Shown: piece after piece, positions 37,868 through 47,012 of the stretch
Numbering within the stretch: the first letter of the stretch is position 1
How the letters are laid out: the number at the start of each line of letters is the position of its first letter
IMG/VR virus record: IMGVR_UViG_3300049793_000366
Coordinates: 310,001-374,000 of that record
Length of the DNA stretch: 64,000 nt
Reading direction: 5' to 3' (one strand)
The notes under the pieces: generated by a model
Database searches by the model: none
What the model saw: the letters and a program-made list of their open reading frames with translations, nothing else
What the model was told of the DNA's origin: nothing
Made by a program: the position numbers and the translations under genes

Positions 37868-38209
37868 GTGAAAAATTTGATATCAGTTATTGCAATATTT
37901 ATTCTTGCTCAGTTGTGTGTTTGGTTACAAACATATGGTCAGTATAAGTGGGCATGGATGGCTAAGAATGATTGGTTCTTATTGATAGCGGCTGTTCCTA
38001 TATCTTGGTTGTGGTTAACTGCTACGAGAATGGGTATGGTAACATTTGATAATCAGAGTTGGCCATTGAGGTTTCTTGGGTTCTCTACTGGTATTATAGT
38101 TTTCACAATATGTTCCCGGTTCATTTTAAATGAACCAATAACACTCAAATCTTTAGTATCAGTTGGACTGTGTTTATTGATTGTGTGCATACAAATATTA
38201 TGGAAATAA
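37868..38209 (+). CDS. Four-TM DMT/SMR-like membrane protein
   Basis: Four hydrophobic helices; FILNEPITLK. Confidence 0.6.
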   Translation: MKNLISVIAIFILAQLCVWLQTYGQYKWAWMAKNDWFLLIAAVPISWLWLTATRMGMVTFDNQSWPLRFLGFSTGIIVFTICSRFILNEPITLKSLVSVGLCLLIVCIQILWK

Positions 38210-38212
38210 ACA

Positions 38213-38560
38213 ATGACAAATTTGCAAATCGACTACAAAAAGCCTATATTCGTATATTATATTAATATAGAAGGATTATCTCGTCAAAGGGCGGAAGAAG
38301 AAATACAAGCGATAACGGATAATATGCTTCAACAAGATGTACAGATGTGGTTTGTACCATGTGGTAGTAGACCAGCAACTATTGAATGTGTATATCCTGG
38401 TATGAAAGATGCTGAGTTCAATGATAGAATGAAAGCTCTGATTGATAAGATGATTAGTATATTGGATGGATTTATGGATGGTTCGAGTAAGGATGATATC
38501 ATAATGAAGTTGAAAATGCAAGTAAAAGACATCTTGATAGATGGTATTATAAATGGCTAA
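38213..38560 (+). CDS. Hypothetical protein (C-terminal KDILIDGII)
   Basis: 115-aa ORF. Confidence 0.6.
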   Translation: MTNLQIDYKKPIFVYYINIEGLSRQRAEEEIQAITDNMLQQDVQMWFVPCGSRPATIECVYPGMKDAEFNDRMKALIDKMISILDGFMDGSSKDDIIMKLKMQVKDILIDGIING

Positions 38561-38996
38561 CATAGATAAAATATTAGAAAAGGTTAAGCAAGAGGGTGAC
38601 TATAAAAAGTTTATCCACCGTGGTTTATTTTGCGAAATTCGAAGGAATGGCGACCTTGGTAATCTATGTGGTTATGTTACTATACCTATGTATTCCAAGC
38701 TTTTGGAAGGTAGCCTTCTTGAAGAAGGTGCTATTGATAATATAGTTAGCCCTCATGGTGGTGTTACGTTTAATAACGTATCGAAGAATGGTGATTACAT
38801 TATTGGATTTGACTGTGGTCACTCTGGTGATTTAATACCAGGTATGGCTAAATTCTCATCATTCACAAATGGTGTATATCGTGATATGGAATATGTAGAG
38901 AATGAAGTTCGTCAAATGGCGAATGATATCGCTGATGCTGATAAAACAATTGAAATTCAGTTCAGAGAAGATAAAATTGATGATATAATAAATTGA
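38553..38996 (+). CDS. Conserved phage protein (CGYV..HGG.T..GFDC.H) with C-terminal R-motif
   Basis: Motifs as listed; ends REDKIDDII. Confidence 0.65.
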   Translation: MANIDKILEKVKQEGDYKKFIHRGLFCEIRRNGDLGNLCGYVTIPMYSKLLEGSLLEEGAIDNIVSPHGGVTFNNVSKNGDYIIGFDCGHSGDLIPGMAKFSSFTNGVYRDMEYVENEVRQMANDIADADKTIEIQFREDKIDDIIN

Positions 38997-39319
38997 CCAA
39001 TGAACACTATAAAGTTGTAGCAAATAACTACAACGGATCCATGTCTATTAACATAGACCCAACTACTGTCACTCATTCTTTTTGGGTATTAGACAAACTC
39101 ATAACAGTTAATATAAATTCAGTTGATGTATTACCACTCGCTAATATAGTGACTATGGTAAATACATTTGGTGAAAAATATTGGCATCAGTTTGATGCTC
39201 AGATAGTTATGGATAGAATTCCATTTGAAATAAGAGCTTATATCGATGAGTATATAAGAGCCTATTCGCGTGAGCTTAAAATAGATGATGTTTTAGAAGA
39301 GCCGGAAAAAGCGGATTAA
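38993..39319 (+). CDS. Hypothetical protein with C-terminal R-motif (RELKIDDVL)
   Basis: 108-aa ORF. Confidence 0.6.
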   Translation: MTNEHYKVVANNYNGSMSINIDPTTVTHSFWVLDKLITVNINSVDVLPLANIVTMVNTFGEKYWHQFDAQIVMDRIPFEIRAYIDEYIRAYSRELKIDDVLEEPEKAD

Positions 39320-39373
39320 ATTTGCATAATTAGATTTTTGTCCGTACATTTGTTTAAACTAAAACAAAAATCT

Positions 39374-39565
39374 ATGAGCTTAACAAAACGTCATTACGAA
39401 TCTCAGCGAGAAAATCTAATTGAAAGTGGTTCAGATTGTGTGAGTGATTTAGACCTTATGTACAATGATTGGTTACAATCACAAGAGTATCAAAAGTTAG
39501 TTGAATCTGGTGAACTTGTACCAGTATCAGTTAAACAAAAAGAGTTCTGTGATTTACCATTTTAA
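39374..39565 (+). CDS. Small protein ending in DLPF (SSB-tail-like)
   Basis: Own promoter at 39345 and terminator at 39572; C-terminus EFCDLPF. Confidence 0.55.
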   Translation: MSLTKRHYESQRENLIESGSDCVSDLDLMYNDWLQSQEYQKLVESGELVPVSVKQKEFCDLPF

Positions 39566-39571
39566 TAATAC

Positions 39572-39598
39572 AAGACTGTTAATAGCAGTCTTTTTTTG
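39572..39598 (+). terminator. Intrinsic terminator
   Basis: AAGACTGTT-AAT-AGCAGTCTT followed by a T run. Confidence 0.75.
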
Positions 39599-39629
39599 TT
39601 TTTAACAATTAATGTCCTATATTTGTATA

Positions 39630-40001
39630 ATGAATTCAACCGATGATAAACCAGTAGAAAAGACTTTCGTTGAATGGGCTAAGAATCCCATTTCAAAAAA
39701 AGCTGAGAAATTGCTTGTATTAATAAACAAATTTAATAAAGCAACTGATTTAGAAAGTAAATATTCACTTACATATCGTATAGTTAAGTTATACCCACAG
39801 TTATCTGTTGGAGAAGCTACCACAGCAGCTAAGAGCTTAGGATATACATTGAGTGTTATGAATGATTCAATCACTTCTTTGTCTACATTCAATGAAGCAT
39901 ATCGTAGTCTAAAGAAGTGGAAAGTATTGAGACCGAATAGCTCGGTTAATATGTTCTTCAATAATATAAACACAAATAAAACCCAAAAAACAAATCGATG
40001 A
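39630..40001 (+). CDS. Hypothetical protein
   Basis: Follows TATATTTG at 39618. Confidence 0.55.
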   Translation: MNSTDDKPVEKTFVEWAKNPISKKAEKLLVLINKFNKATDLESKYSLTYRIVKLYPQLSVGEATTAAKSLGYTLSVMNDSITSLSTFNEAYRSLKKWKVLRPNSSVNMFFNNINTNKTQKTNR

Positions 40002-40390
40002 AAAAGGAAAATGTAAAATTTATTTTATTAGTTGCATTAGCACTTACTTGTATATTAATGGTTGCTAATGTAGAGAGGTTCGTAGCTTTTTTAGAGCGTA
40101 TTTCCTCAAGAGAAGCTGTCGCAAGTATGTCAATGTATATACTCGGTGCTATGCTATTGGGTATGGTTGGTTATATTGCGTATGGTATCATACGAATGAT
40201 TAAGTTCGAGCGTAAATCATCTAAGTTTAGAAAAGAGCTTAAGTTGGGTGATGCTGTTGAGATTAGTTCTCCGACTTCATATAGACTCGCTGGTGATGTT
40301 ACTGTCATAGATGATGAATTCGTTACTGTTTCTGTTAAGGTTCGTAAGGGAACTATTTATCCACAAACTGAGAAGAAGAATGAAATTTAA
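39998..40390 (+). CDS. Membrane protein with a YajC-like C-terminal domain
   Basis: Two TM segments, then FRKELKLGDAV..GDVTVIDDEFVTV. Confidence 0.5.
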   Translation: MKKENVKFILLVALALTCILMVANVERFVAFLERISSREAVASMSMYILGAMLLGMVGYIAYGIIRMIKFERKSSKFRKELKLGDAVEISSPTSYRLAGDVTVIDDEFVTVSVKVRKGTIYPQTEKKNEI

Positions 40391-40619
40391 ATTTGAGATA
40401 GAAGCTGGTTTTATTGTTAGAAATACAATAAGAACTGAATTGAATAATTCTAAGCTAAAGCTTGAGTATGCTTATCCTAATTGTTCGGTAACGATACACG
40501 AAGAGAAGACTGTGTTCGAATCTGTATTTAAGATACAAGGTGTTAATCTACCTGACACTGATGAAGTAGAACGAGTGATTAGAAAATGGTTCAAACAAAT
40601 TGAAAACGCAACAAATTAA
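40380..40619 (+). CDS. Hypothetical protein
   Basis: Likely start MKFKFEIE. Confidence 0.55.
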   Translation: MKFKFEIEAGFIVRNTIRTELNNSKLKLEYAYPNCSVTIHEEKTVFESVFKIQGVNLPDTDEVERVIRKWFKQIENATN

Positions 40620-40635
40620 TCTATAATAAATAAAC

Positions 40636-41220
40636 ATGATAACTTTTCTATTAATTGCCCTTACTGGTGTTACATCCTATGTTGGATTCAACAATCAAAC
40701 ATTTTTCAATAAGTATTTATATCGACCATATGCTATTAAGCAGAATAAAGAAGTGTGGCGGTTTGTTACATCTGCTTTCTTACACGCTGATTGGATGCAC
40801 TTCATATTTAATATGTTGTCTCTATTCTTCTTCGCACCGATTGTTGAAGCAGAAATCGGTATACTTGGTTTTCTAACACTATACATTAGTGGTTGCGTGA
40901 TGTCTTTAGTTCCTAATTTCTTGAAGAATAAAAGATTCAGTGGATATACTGCGATTGGTGCCTCTGGTGCTGTATCATCTGTTGTATTCGCTGCTATTAT
41001 GATTGCGCCATTTAGTAAGATGTCACTATTGTTTTTACCAATACCAATGTCTTCATGGTTATTCGGTCTTATTTACTTATTTATTTCGTGGTATATGTAC
41101 AAACGAGATACGGATAATGTTGGACATGATGTTCACATTTATGGTGCGCTATGGGGATTGTTATTTATGATTCTTGTAGACTATCATTATATTATTAACC
41201 TAATAACAAATTTTATTTAA
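40636..41220 (+). CDS. Rhomboid family intramembrane protease
   Basis: WRFVTSAFLHADWMHFIFNM, GASG, H..GALWG. Confidence 0.92.
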   Translation: MITFLLIALTGVTSYVGFNNQTFFNKYLYRPYAIKQNKEVWRFVTSAFLHADWMHFIFNMLSLFFFAPIVEAEIGILGFLTLYISGCVMSLVPNFLKNKRFSGYTAIGASGAVSSVVFAAIMIAPFSKMSLLFLPIPMSSWLFGLIYLFISWYMYKRDTDNVGHDVHIYGALWGLLFMILVDYHYIINLITNFI

Positions 41221-41221
41221 T

Positions 41222-41656
41222 ATGAATTGGAATTGGATCAAACGATTGCTTGGGATTAAAGATAAACCACAAGCAAAGCAAACAACTAAACCGTTACCAC
41301 ACAAAAAGACAATTAGTGGTAGTAGTTATACATCAAGTAATAATAACAATACTAACAATGATGATTATTTAACTAATCCATCAAATCCGTATAGTATGAT
41401 GAACCCGATGAACCCGATTAATCAAATGAATGATGAATCAGAGTCTAACCACTCAAATCACTCTCATTCACATAATGATTATCAGGCACCAGAGAACAAC
41501 GATTATCATTCGCACTCGAATCATTCCAATAACGAGTATCACTCAAATGATAATAACAACAATAATGATTATAACTCTGGTTCGAGTAACTATGACTCCG
41601 GTAGTTCTAATGATTATAGTTCATCACCTGATACTACATCATTCAACAGTGACTAA
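41222..41656 (+). CDS. Low-complexity N/S/H/D-rich protein
   Basis: NDYHSHSNHSNN-type repeats. Confidence 0.6.
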   Translation: MNWNWIKRLLGIKDKPQAKQTTKPLPHKKTISGSSYTSSNNNNTNNDDYLTNPSNPYSMMNPMNPINQMNDESESNHSNHSHSHNDYQAPENNDYHSHSNHSNNEYHSNDNNNNNDYNSGSSNYDSGSSNDYSSSPDTTSFNSD

Positions 41657-41876
41657 GTACTGTAAACGGTGTCTAATGACTATGAGTGCATTTTTCAGTG
41701 ATGGGACCAAACTTCATCACGATTATTTATATTGCAGTAGATGTGATAGAACATGGCGAAGCTATGAGTGCGTTACTCCGCATAAAATAAGGAGCCGTAG
41801 GTTACACGACCTTCTACATGGTGTGCGTTTGGATAATTAGATTTTTTTCACTATATTTGTTGTAAAGTAAATAACT

Positions 41877-42521
41877 ATGCCCGTATATAATAAATACCGT
41901 TATCTTTTTCCACCTCGACCAGAGAATGCTATTCCTATCGATGATATTGAAACGTATGATAACGATTCAATGATTGCTCAACCTAAGTTGAATGGCTCTA
42001 ACTGTGTAATATTTACTAATGGTATTGAAATGCACATTATGAATAGACATAATGAGTATATCACTAACTTTCAGCTATCGAAAGAAGAGCTTATTACCAC
42101 TCTTTTCAAATCACAACCAGGTAACTGGCAGATTATTAATGGTGAGTATTTGAATAAGTCTAAGAAAGACGAGAATAATCAAACGTTTAATCACAAGCTG
42201 GTTATTTTTGATATACTTACATTCAATTCTGATTATCTTGTTGGTAAAACATTCACAGAGCGCATAGAGTTACTGGATGAATTGTATGGTCAACAAGAAT
42301 GCGAGAAAGACTACCTATATAAAGTTACAGACAATGTATATCGCGTAAAAAGCTATAATAGCGATTTTAAAGCACTATACGAAAGCTTATCGAAGATTGA
42401 CATGATTGAGGGTCTTGTGATGAAGAGGAAGTCTGCTAAACTCGAATTGGGTGTATCTCAAAAGAATAATACCAAGTCACAAGTAAAAGTTCGTAAACCA
42501 ACAAAAAATTATAAATTCTAA
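41877..42521 (+). CDS. ATP-dependent ligase-like nucleotidyltransferase (adenylation domain only)
   Basis: QPKLNG motif I, INGEY, IFDIL, EGLVMKR, VKVR. Confidence 0.75.
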   Translation: MPVYNKYRYLFPPRPENAIPIDDIETYDNDSMIAQPKLNGSNCVIFTNGIEMHIMNRHNEYITNFQLSKEELITTLFKSQPGNWQIINGEYLNKSKKDENNQTFNHKLVIFDILTFNSDYLVGKTFTERIELLDELYGQQECEKDYLYKVTDNVYRVKSYNSDFKALYESLSKIDMIEGLVMKRKSAKLELGVSQKNNTKSQVKVRKPTKNYKF

Positions 42522-42719
42522 TGGAATTTTCTGACAAAAAGTTAGATAGATATACTAATGCTGTAACTACTTTTGGAACAAGTGGTAGTAGATACGTTGA
42601 GGGTAAGCAACTACAACGTGATTTAGCCTTCATGAATAAAAAATACGAAGAAGGTGGTAAATGGGAAGAAGGTAAGAAACACGCTATTAAAGAACTATTT
42701 AAAAAGATTTTTAAAACTA

Positions 42720-43301
42720 ATGGCTAATCACGCGAAGGTATGTACTGGTAAAACTCTTGACCCAAATGAGGTTAATGATATAGTACAGAAACTAAATAAA
42801 GAAAAACTCAATGGTATATTCACACTTAAATATGATGTGAATTACCCAGGTGGTTGGGCTGACCATCAATGGACTCTTCAATATAAAAACGAAGACTACA
42901 TTGCTCTTCAATTTTGGTTATCAGATGATGTAGAATATGGCGAAGAGAAAGATGGTGAATACACTGAGTATGATGAACCAAAAATTCTATCTAAACAAAG
43001 TTGTATTGAATTCAGACATGGGCATTCATATAACTTCATGTGGTGGGTTGAAGGTGTATTCAGAGAGAATCTTGGTAAACACTACGATGCTCGTATGTGG
43101 GATGATGGTTGTGGTTGGATAGAAGAAGAGCGTAGATTGGATAGATACGAATCATTCGAGTCGTATGTGCGAACATTATGTAAAGATCCTAAGAGTAAAA
43201 AACTTGTGAAGGAAATGAAAGATTTTAAATTTCCTGATTGGCAAGTAGAAGATATCCCGAAGGAACTTATTGATGCACTTAACTTAGATTTTAAAGTATA
43301 A
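42720..43301 (+). CDS. Hypothetical protein
   Basis: Likely start MANHAKV. Confidence 0.6.
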   Translation: MANHAKVCTGKTLDPNEVNDIVQKLNKEKLNGIFTLKYDVNYPGGWADHQWTLQYKNEDYIALQFWLSDDVEYGEEKDGEYTEYDEPKILSKQSCIEFRHGHSYNFMWWVEGVFRENLGKHYDARMWDDGCGWIEEERRLDRYESFESYVRTLCKDPKSKKLVKEMKDFKFPDWQVEDIPKELIDALNLDFKV

Positions 43302-43657
43302 TGGAAATTGTTCTATCTAAAACAGAATTCGAAACAGCTAACGCTCTGAGTAATTACAGAGAGTGTTCTGTTGCTAATTTAAAATTACCAATTGGTGATG
43401 AACGCTATGAGCTTATACGCGAAGGTAATGATAGAGCGCGAATTACTAATGAAAGATTTAAATTCACTATTGTTATTGATAAACCAAAAGCTGGGTATAG
43501 CCGATACAATGAGTGTATTAGATTTATAGATTGTGTTCTTTGTTCTTATGGTCAATACAACGGGTTTGAAAACATTCAGATTAATTTCTGGGCTACCGAA
43601 AAATTAAGCGAAGAAGATAGACGCAATGTTTTATTACATCATGTTCTTGAAGTATGA
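43301..43657 (+). CDS. Hypothetical protein with C-terminal R-motif (RNVLLHHVL)
   Basis: 118-aa ORF. Confidence 0.6.
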   Translation: MEIVLSKTEFETANALSNYRECSVANLKLPIGDERYELIREGNDRARITNERFKFTIVIDKPKAGYSRYNECIRFIDCVLCSYGQYNGFENIQINFWATEKLSEEDRRNVLLHHVLEV

Positions 43658-43938
43658 TTGAACACTATAAATATTATCTCTTACGTGAAACGAGTCGCAT
43701 TTATAAAAAAAATAAAGACGACAGTAAGAATAATGTGTTCAACAATACAATAACCGATTTACTTAGTGACCCTATAAAGTTTGGCTACTCTCTAAGAGAA
43801 GCGTGTAGTCGAGCGCATGAAATACTACTCACCGTAAAATCTAATTCACCAGTAATGAATTATGATGATTTTCTATCAGCAAGTAGAATTCAAAAGATTG
43901 ATAGAATAAATAACCCAGAACCTAAACATGGCTTGTAA
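43654..43938 (+). CDS. Hypothetical protein with C-terminal R-motif (RIQKIDRIN)
   Basis: 94-aa ORF. Confidence 0.55.
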   Translation: MIEHYKYYLLRETSRIYKKNKDDSKNNVFNNTITDLLSDPIKFGYSLREACSRAHEILLTVKSNSPVMNYDDFLSASRIQKIDRINNPEPKHGL

Positions 43939-44278
43939 CTCAATGGGTGCAACTTACAGTTATAATTATTTAAATAGTGAGAAGCTTATCAATTGCTTTA
44001 TGTACGTAGGTAAAGAAGATGATAACTTCAACGGTGATTCATACTACGAAGATTATAATTTATTTATTCAGATAATGAATTCATGTGGTTCAGCTAAAAC
44101 AACTGGTCTAAGATATAGACGGGAAAGCTGGTTTCACAAGCTATTCAGATACGAGCCACAATTTTTCATTAAGAATAAGTGGTACAATCAAAAAGATTTC
44201 GTATCACTCAAAGTAAAAGATACTGATTTCAAAGCTAATCAGAGGCACGATAAATTAAATAGCTTAATCAACTCTTAG
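43928..44278 (+). CDS. Hypothetical protein with C-terminal R-motif (RHDKLNSLI)
   Basis: 116-aa ORF. Confidence 0.6.
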   Translation: MACNSMGATYSYNYLNSEKLINCFMYVGKEDDNFNGDSYYEDYNLFIQIMNSCGSAKTTGLRYRRESWFHKLFRYEPQFFIKNKWYNQKDFVSLKVKDTDFKANQRHDKLNSLINS

Positions 44279-44422
44279 TAGTTCATCTATTTTCTCTAAT
44301 CTACTCTGCATTTTCTTTCTCTGTAATTCAGCGTCACTCGTGATGTTTACGCTAATGGTAGCACAATGAAAGCCTGGTGACATTACGATATCATAAGTGA
44401 ATATTTCTTTAACTGTTACCAT
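44264..44422 (-). CDS. Small protein with C-terminal R-motif (RLEKIDELL)
   Basis: Near-consensus motif supports coding status. Confidence 0.55.
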   Translation of the reverse strand: MVTVKEIFTYDIVMSPGFHCATISVNITSDAELQRKKMQSRLEKIDELLRVD

Positions 44423-44482
44423 TTTAATTATATTTAATAAACTTCTTTTGGTTTTGTCCATAAATGATTATATATTTACATT

Positions 44483-44938
44483 ATGATAATTTTTGATTTA
44501 TTTATAGTGGTGATGTCTTTAGCTATGCTATTGATATTTATGCCAAGAGTTAGAAAAAAATTTAAAGAAGGATCTTCTGGGATGTGCGCTGGATGCGGCA
44601 TTAACTTAGCTGAGTTATTTACACAATCTATTACTGAAAAAGAAATGGATGATGCAATGAAAGCACATAGAAGAGGTACTTGTGATGCTTGTCAGACGCA
44701 AATAGAGCGAGAAGAACAGCTAAATGAAGTATTCACACCTAAGATTGTGTCCACAATAAAGCGGAAATCCGCAAAAATTGTCCAATATAAGTTCACAACA
44801 ACGATTTTATTTTTCTCGTCCGCAATCTTTGGAGTGATGCCTGTTTCCGGCGATATTAAGCTGGTTTTCAAGCTGTTACAGGTGATTACATTAGGTCTTG
44901 GGTGGACAATTCTTTTTATCTCATTAAAAAAAAGATAA
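44483..44938 (+). CDS. Membrane protein with a Zn ribbon and internal R-motif (REEQLNEVF)
   Basis: TM segments; CAGC..CDAC. Confidence 0.6.
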   Translation: MIIFDLFIVVMSLAMLLIFMPRVRKKFKEGSSGMCAGCGINLAELFTQSITEKEMDDAMKAHRRGTCDACQTQIEREEQLNEVFTPKIVSTIKRKSAKIVQYKFTTTILFFSSAIFGVMPVSGDIKLVFKLLQVITLGLGWTILFISLKKR

Positions 44939-45022
44939 AATAATTGCTAAAAAATTTGGATAATACAAAAAGATGTATTACATTTGTAGAGTAAATTATT
45001 AAAACACTATAAAAAAGCAGAT

Positions 45023-46165
45023 ATGAGTAAACTCGAAGAAAAATCAAAACAGTCGGCACATTTTAACGCTGACCAATTCGCAACCTTATCAGAGCGCGAG
45101 AAAACCTACTTCTCTATTATGAGAGGTAAATCTGGTGTACTTTACATTACATCAAAACCTGGAATTGCTAAGTCCAGTATTGCGCGTTCAATCGCGACAA
45201 AAATGGGGTATAAATACATGGATATTCGTTTATCTATGGTTGATGAAACAGACGTAGGTTTGTTCCCAAATTTGTCAAACATGACAATTAATAATCAAGA
45301 AGTGAAAGTGCTTGATTTCGCTATCCCGAAATGGGCTGTGAAATCAAATCAAGCACCGACAATCATTCACTTTGAAGAGCTTAACCGTGCTTCTTTACCT
45401 GTACGTAACGCGGCACTTCAAATCTTACTTGAGCGTTGTATCGGTACTGAATTTGAGTTCGGTAAAGACGTTCTAATGATGTGTTCTGGTAACTTAGGTG
45501 AAGAAGATGGAACTGACGTTGAAGAGTTCGATAATGCGCTTAACAACCGTCTTATCCACTACAAACACAGTCTTTCAACTCCTGAGTGGATTGAGAACTA
45601 CGCGAAAGATAATGTACACCCAACAATTGTGTCGTACATCAAAGCTAATCCTGAGAGGTTATACCAAGAGCCTGCTGAAGGTGTAAAAGCTTTCGCTACT
45701 CCGCGTTCTTGGACTTTCTTGTCCGACTTCATCATCGCTAACTTCGGTCACGATGCGACACCAAGCCAATTCATTCCTTTGGTACAGAAAGTAGCTGGTG
45801 GGTATGTGGGTAACTCCGCTCTGAAATTCGTACAGTATTGCGAAGATATGATTAAGATTAACATCAACGATGTAATCAATCGCTTCGATGATATCAAGGA
45901 CGACTTGAAGAAATACAACCGTGATAAGAACTCTGAGCTTATCGGTGCCTTCAAAGAAATCGACATCAAGAACTTGAAAGAGAAACAACTTCAAAATGCT
46001 GCAAAGTGGTTGAAGACTGTTGGTGAAGATGAATTAACTGGTTACTTGTTACACTTACTTGACACAGTTGATGTGGGTGACAAGCGAATCAAAGGCTTCA
46101 TGCTTGAGTTCAAAGAAGTGTTAATGACTATCAAGAAAATTAACAAGCCTGGTCAGACTAAGTAA
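45023..46165 (+). CDS. MoxR-like AAA+ ATPase
   Basis: SKPGIAKS variant Walker A, DIRLS, HFEELNRA Walker B, ALNNR, ATPRSW. Confidence 0.8.
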   Translation: MSKLEEKSKQSAHFNADQFATLSEREKTYFSIMRGKSGVLYITSKPGIAKSSIARSIATKMGYKYMDIRLSMVDETDVGLFPNLSNMTINNQEVKVLDFAIPKWAVKSNQAPTIIHFEELNRASLPVRNAALQILLERCIGTEFEFGKDVLMMCSGNLGEEDGTDVEEFDNALNNRLIHYKHSLSTPEWIENYAKDNVHPTIVSYIKANPERLYQEPAEGVKAFATPRSWTFLSDFIIANFGHDATPSQFIPLVQKVAGGYVGNSALKFVQYCEDMIKININDVINRFDDIKDDLKKYNRDKNSELIGAFKEIDIKNLKEKQLQNAAKWLKTVGEDELTGYLLHLLDTVDVGDKRIKGFMLEFKEVLMTIKKINKPGQTK

Positions 46166-46188
46166 TTAGTCTCTCAATATCAAAAATA

Positions 46189-46215
46189 AAAAAGGGACTT
46201 CGGTCCCTTTTTTTT
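46189..46215 (+). terminator. Intrinsic terminator
   Basis: AAAGGGAC-TTCG-GTCCCTTT followed by a T run. Confidence 0.85.
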
Positions 46216-46227
46216 ATATTTTTACAT

Positions 46228-46313
46228 AGACTATTCCAGGGTAAAGGTCACGAACTTACATATCTAATATATGCAAAGTGTGTCAAGTGGAGTTCGAGTC
46301 TCCATATAGTCTC
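46228..46313 (+). ncRNA. tRNA-like element with no clear anticodon
   Basis: AGACTAT/ATAGTCT acceptor and TGGAG-TTCGAGT-CTCCA T arm; non-canonical interior. Confidence 0.5.
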
Positions 46314-46485
46314 ACATGAAACAATTTATTAAACGATTATTTTGTAAGCATACTAACTATGTCTTATCAGGTGATTTCATAGATGATAGTGAAGCTTATA
46401 GAGGTGGTAGTGGTAAGTGTGTGAAGATGGCTAAATGTAATAGCTGTGATAAAGAATTTAAGAAAACCTGGTTTATATTCACATA

Positions 46486-46959
46486 ATGTTTATAGGTAAA
46501 ATAAACATATTATTATTCACTAGTATGAGTTCAACTGGTGTAACGCGACAAGAAGTGAAGTATAATATACTTAGCATACTTAGTCGTGCAAATAAAGTAT
46601 TATCACTTGACTCAATCAACCTAAATAAAAGAAATTCAAACAACAACATTGATTTAGAAAATCTTAAGCAAATTAATCCAGTATCTAATGACTTCACTAT
46701 ATATGAACCATATTTTGATTTCATTTTTGTTGGTGATTGGAGTAAACCATTAATATCAAACAATAGGACATACTTCGGTATTTCGGACAGTAAATTCCCA
46801 CTGGCTCTGAAAGATGATGAAAGATATAATATCGTAAAAGTTTATAACAATCATCAGATGATTTTTGTTAATAACTTAGAAACGATAGAGATATCAGAGT
46901 ATTACAGTCTACTGGAACAAGATATTCGTGATTATAATATCAATAAACTTGTAAATTAG
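46486..46959 (+). CDS. Hypothetical protein with C-terminal R-motif (RDYNINKLV)
   Basis: ORF; start uncertain. Confidence 0.6.
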   Translation: MFIGKINILLFTSMSSTGVTRQEVKYNILSILSRANKVLSLDSINLNKRNSNNNIDLENLKQINPVSNDFTIYEPYFDFIFVGDWSKPLISNNRTYFGISDSKFPLALKDDERYNIVKVYNNHQMIFVNNLETIEISEYYSLLEQDIRDYNINKLVN

Positions 46960-47012
46960 GAAAAAAGTCCGTATATTTATACACTAAATTAAAAAACACT
47001 AAATTATAAAAT

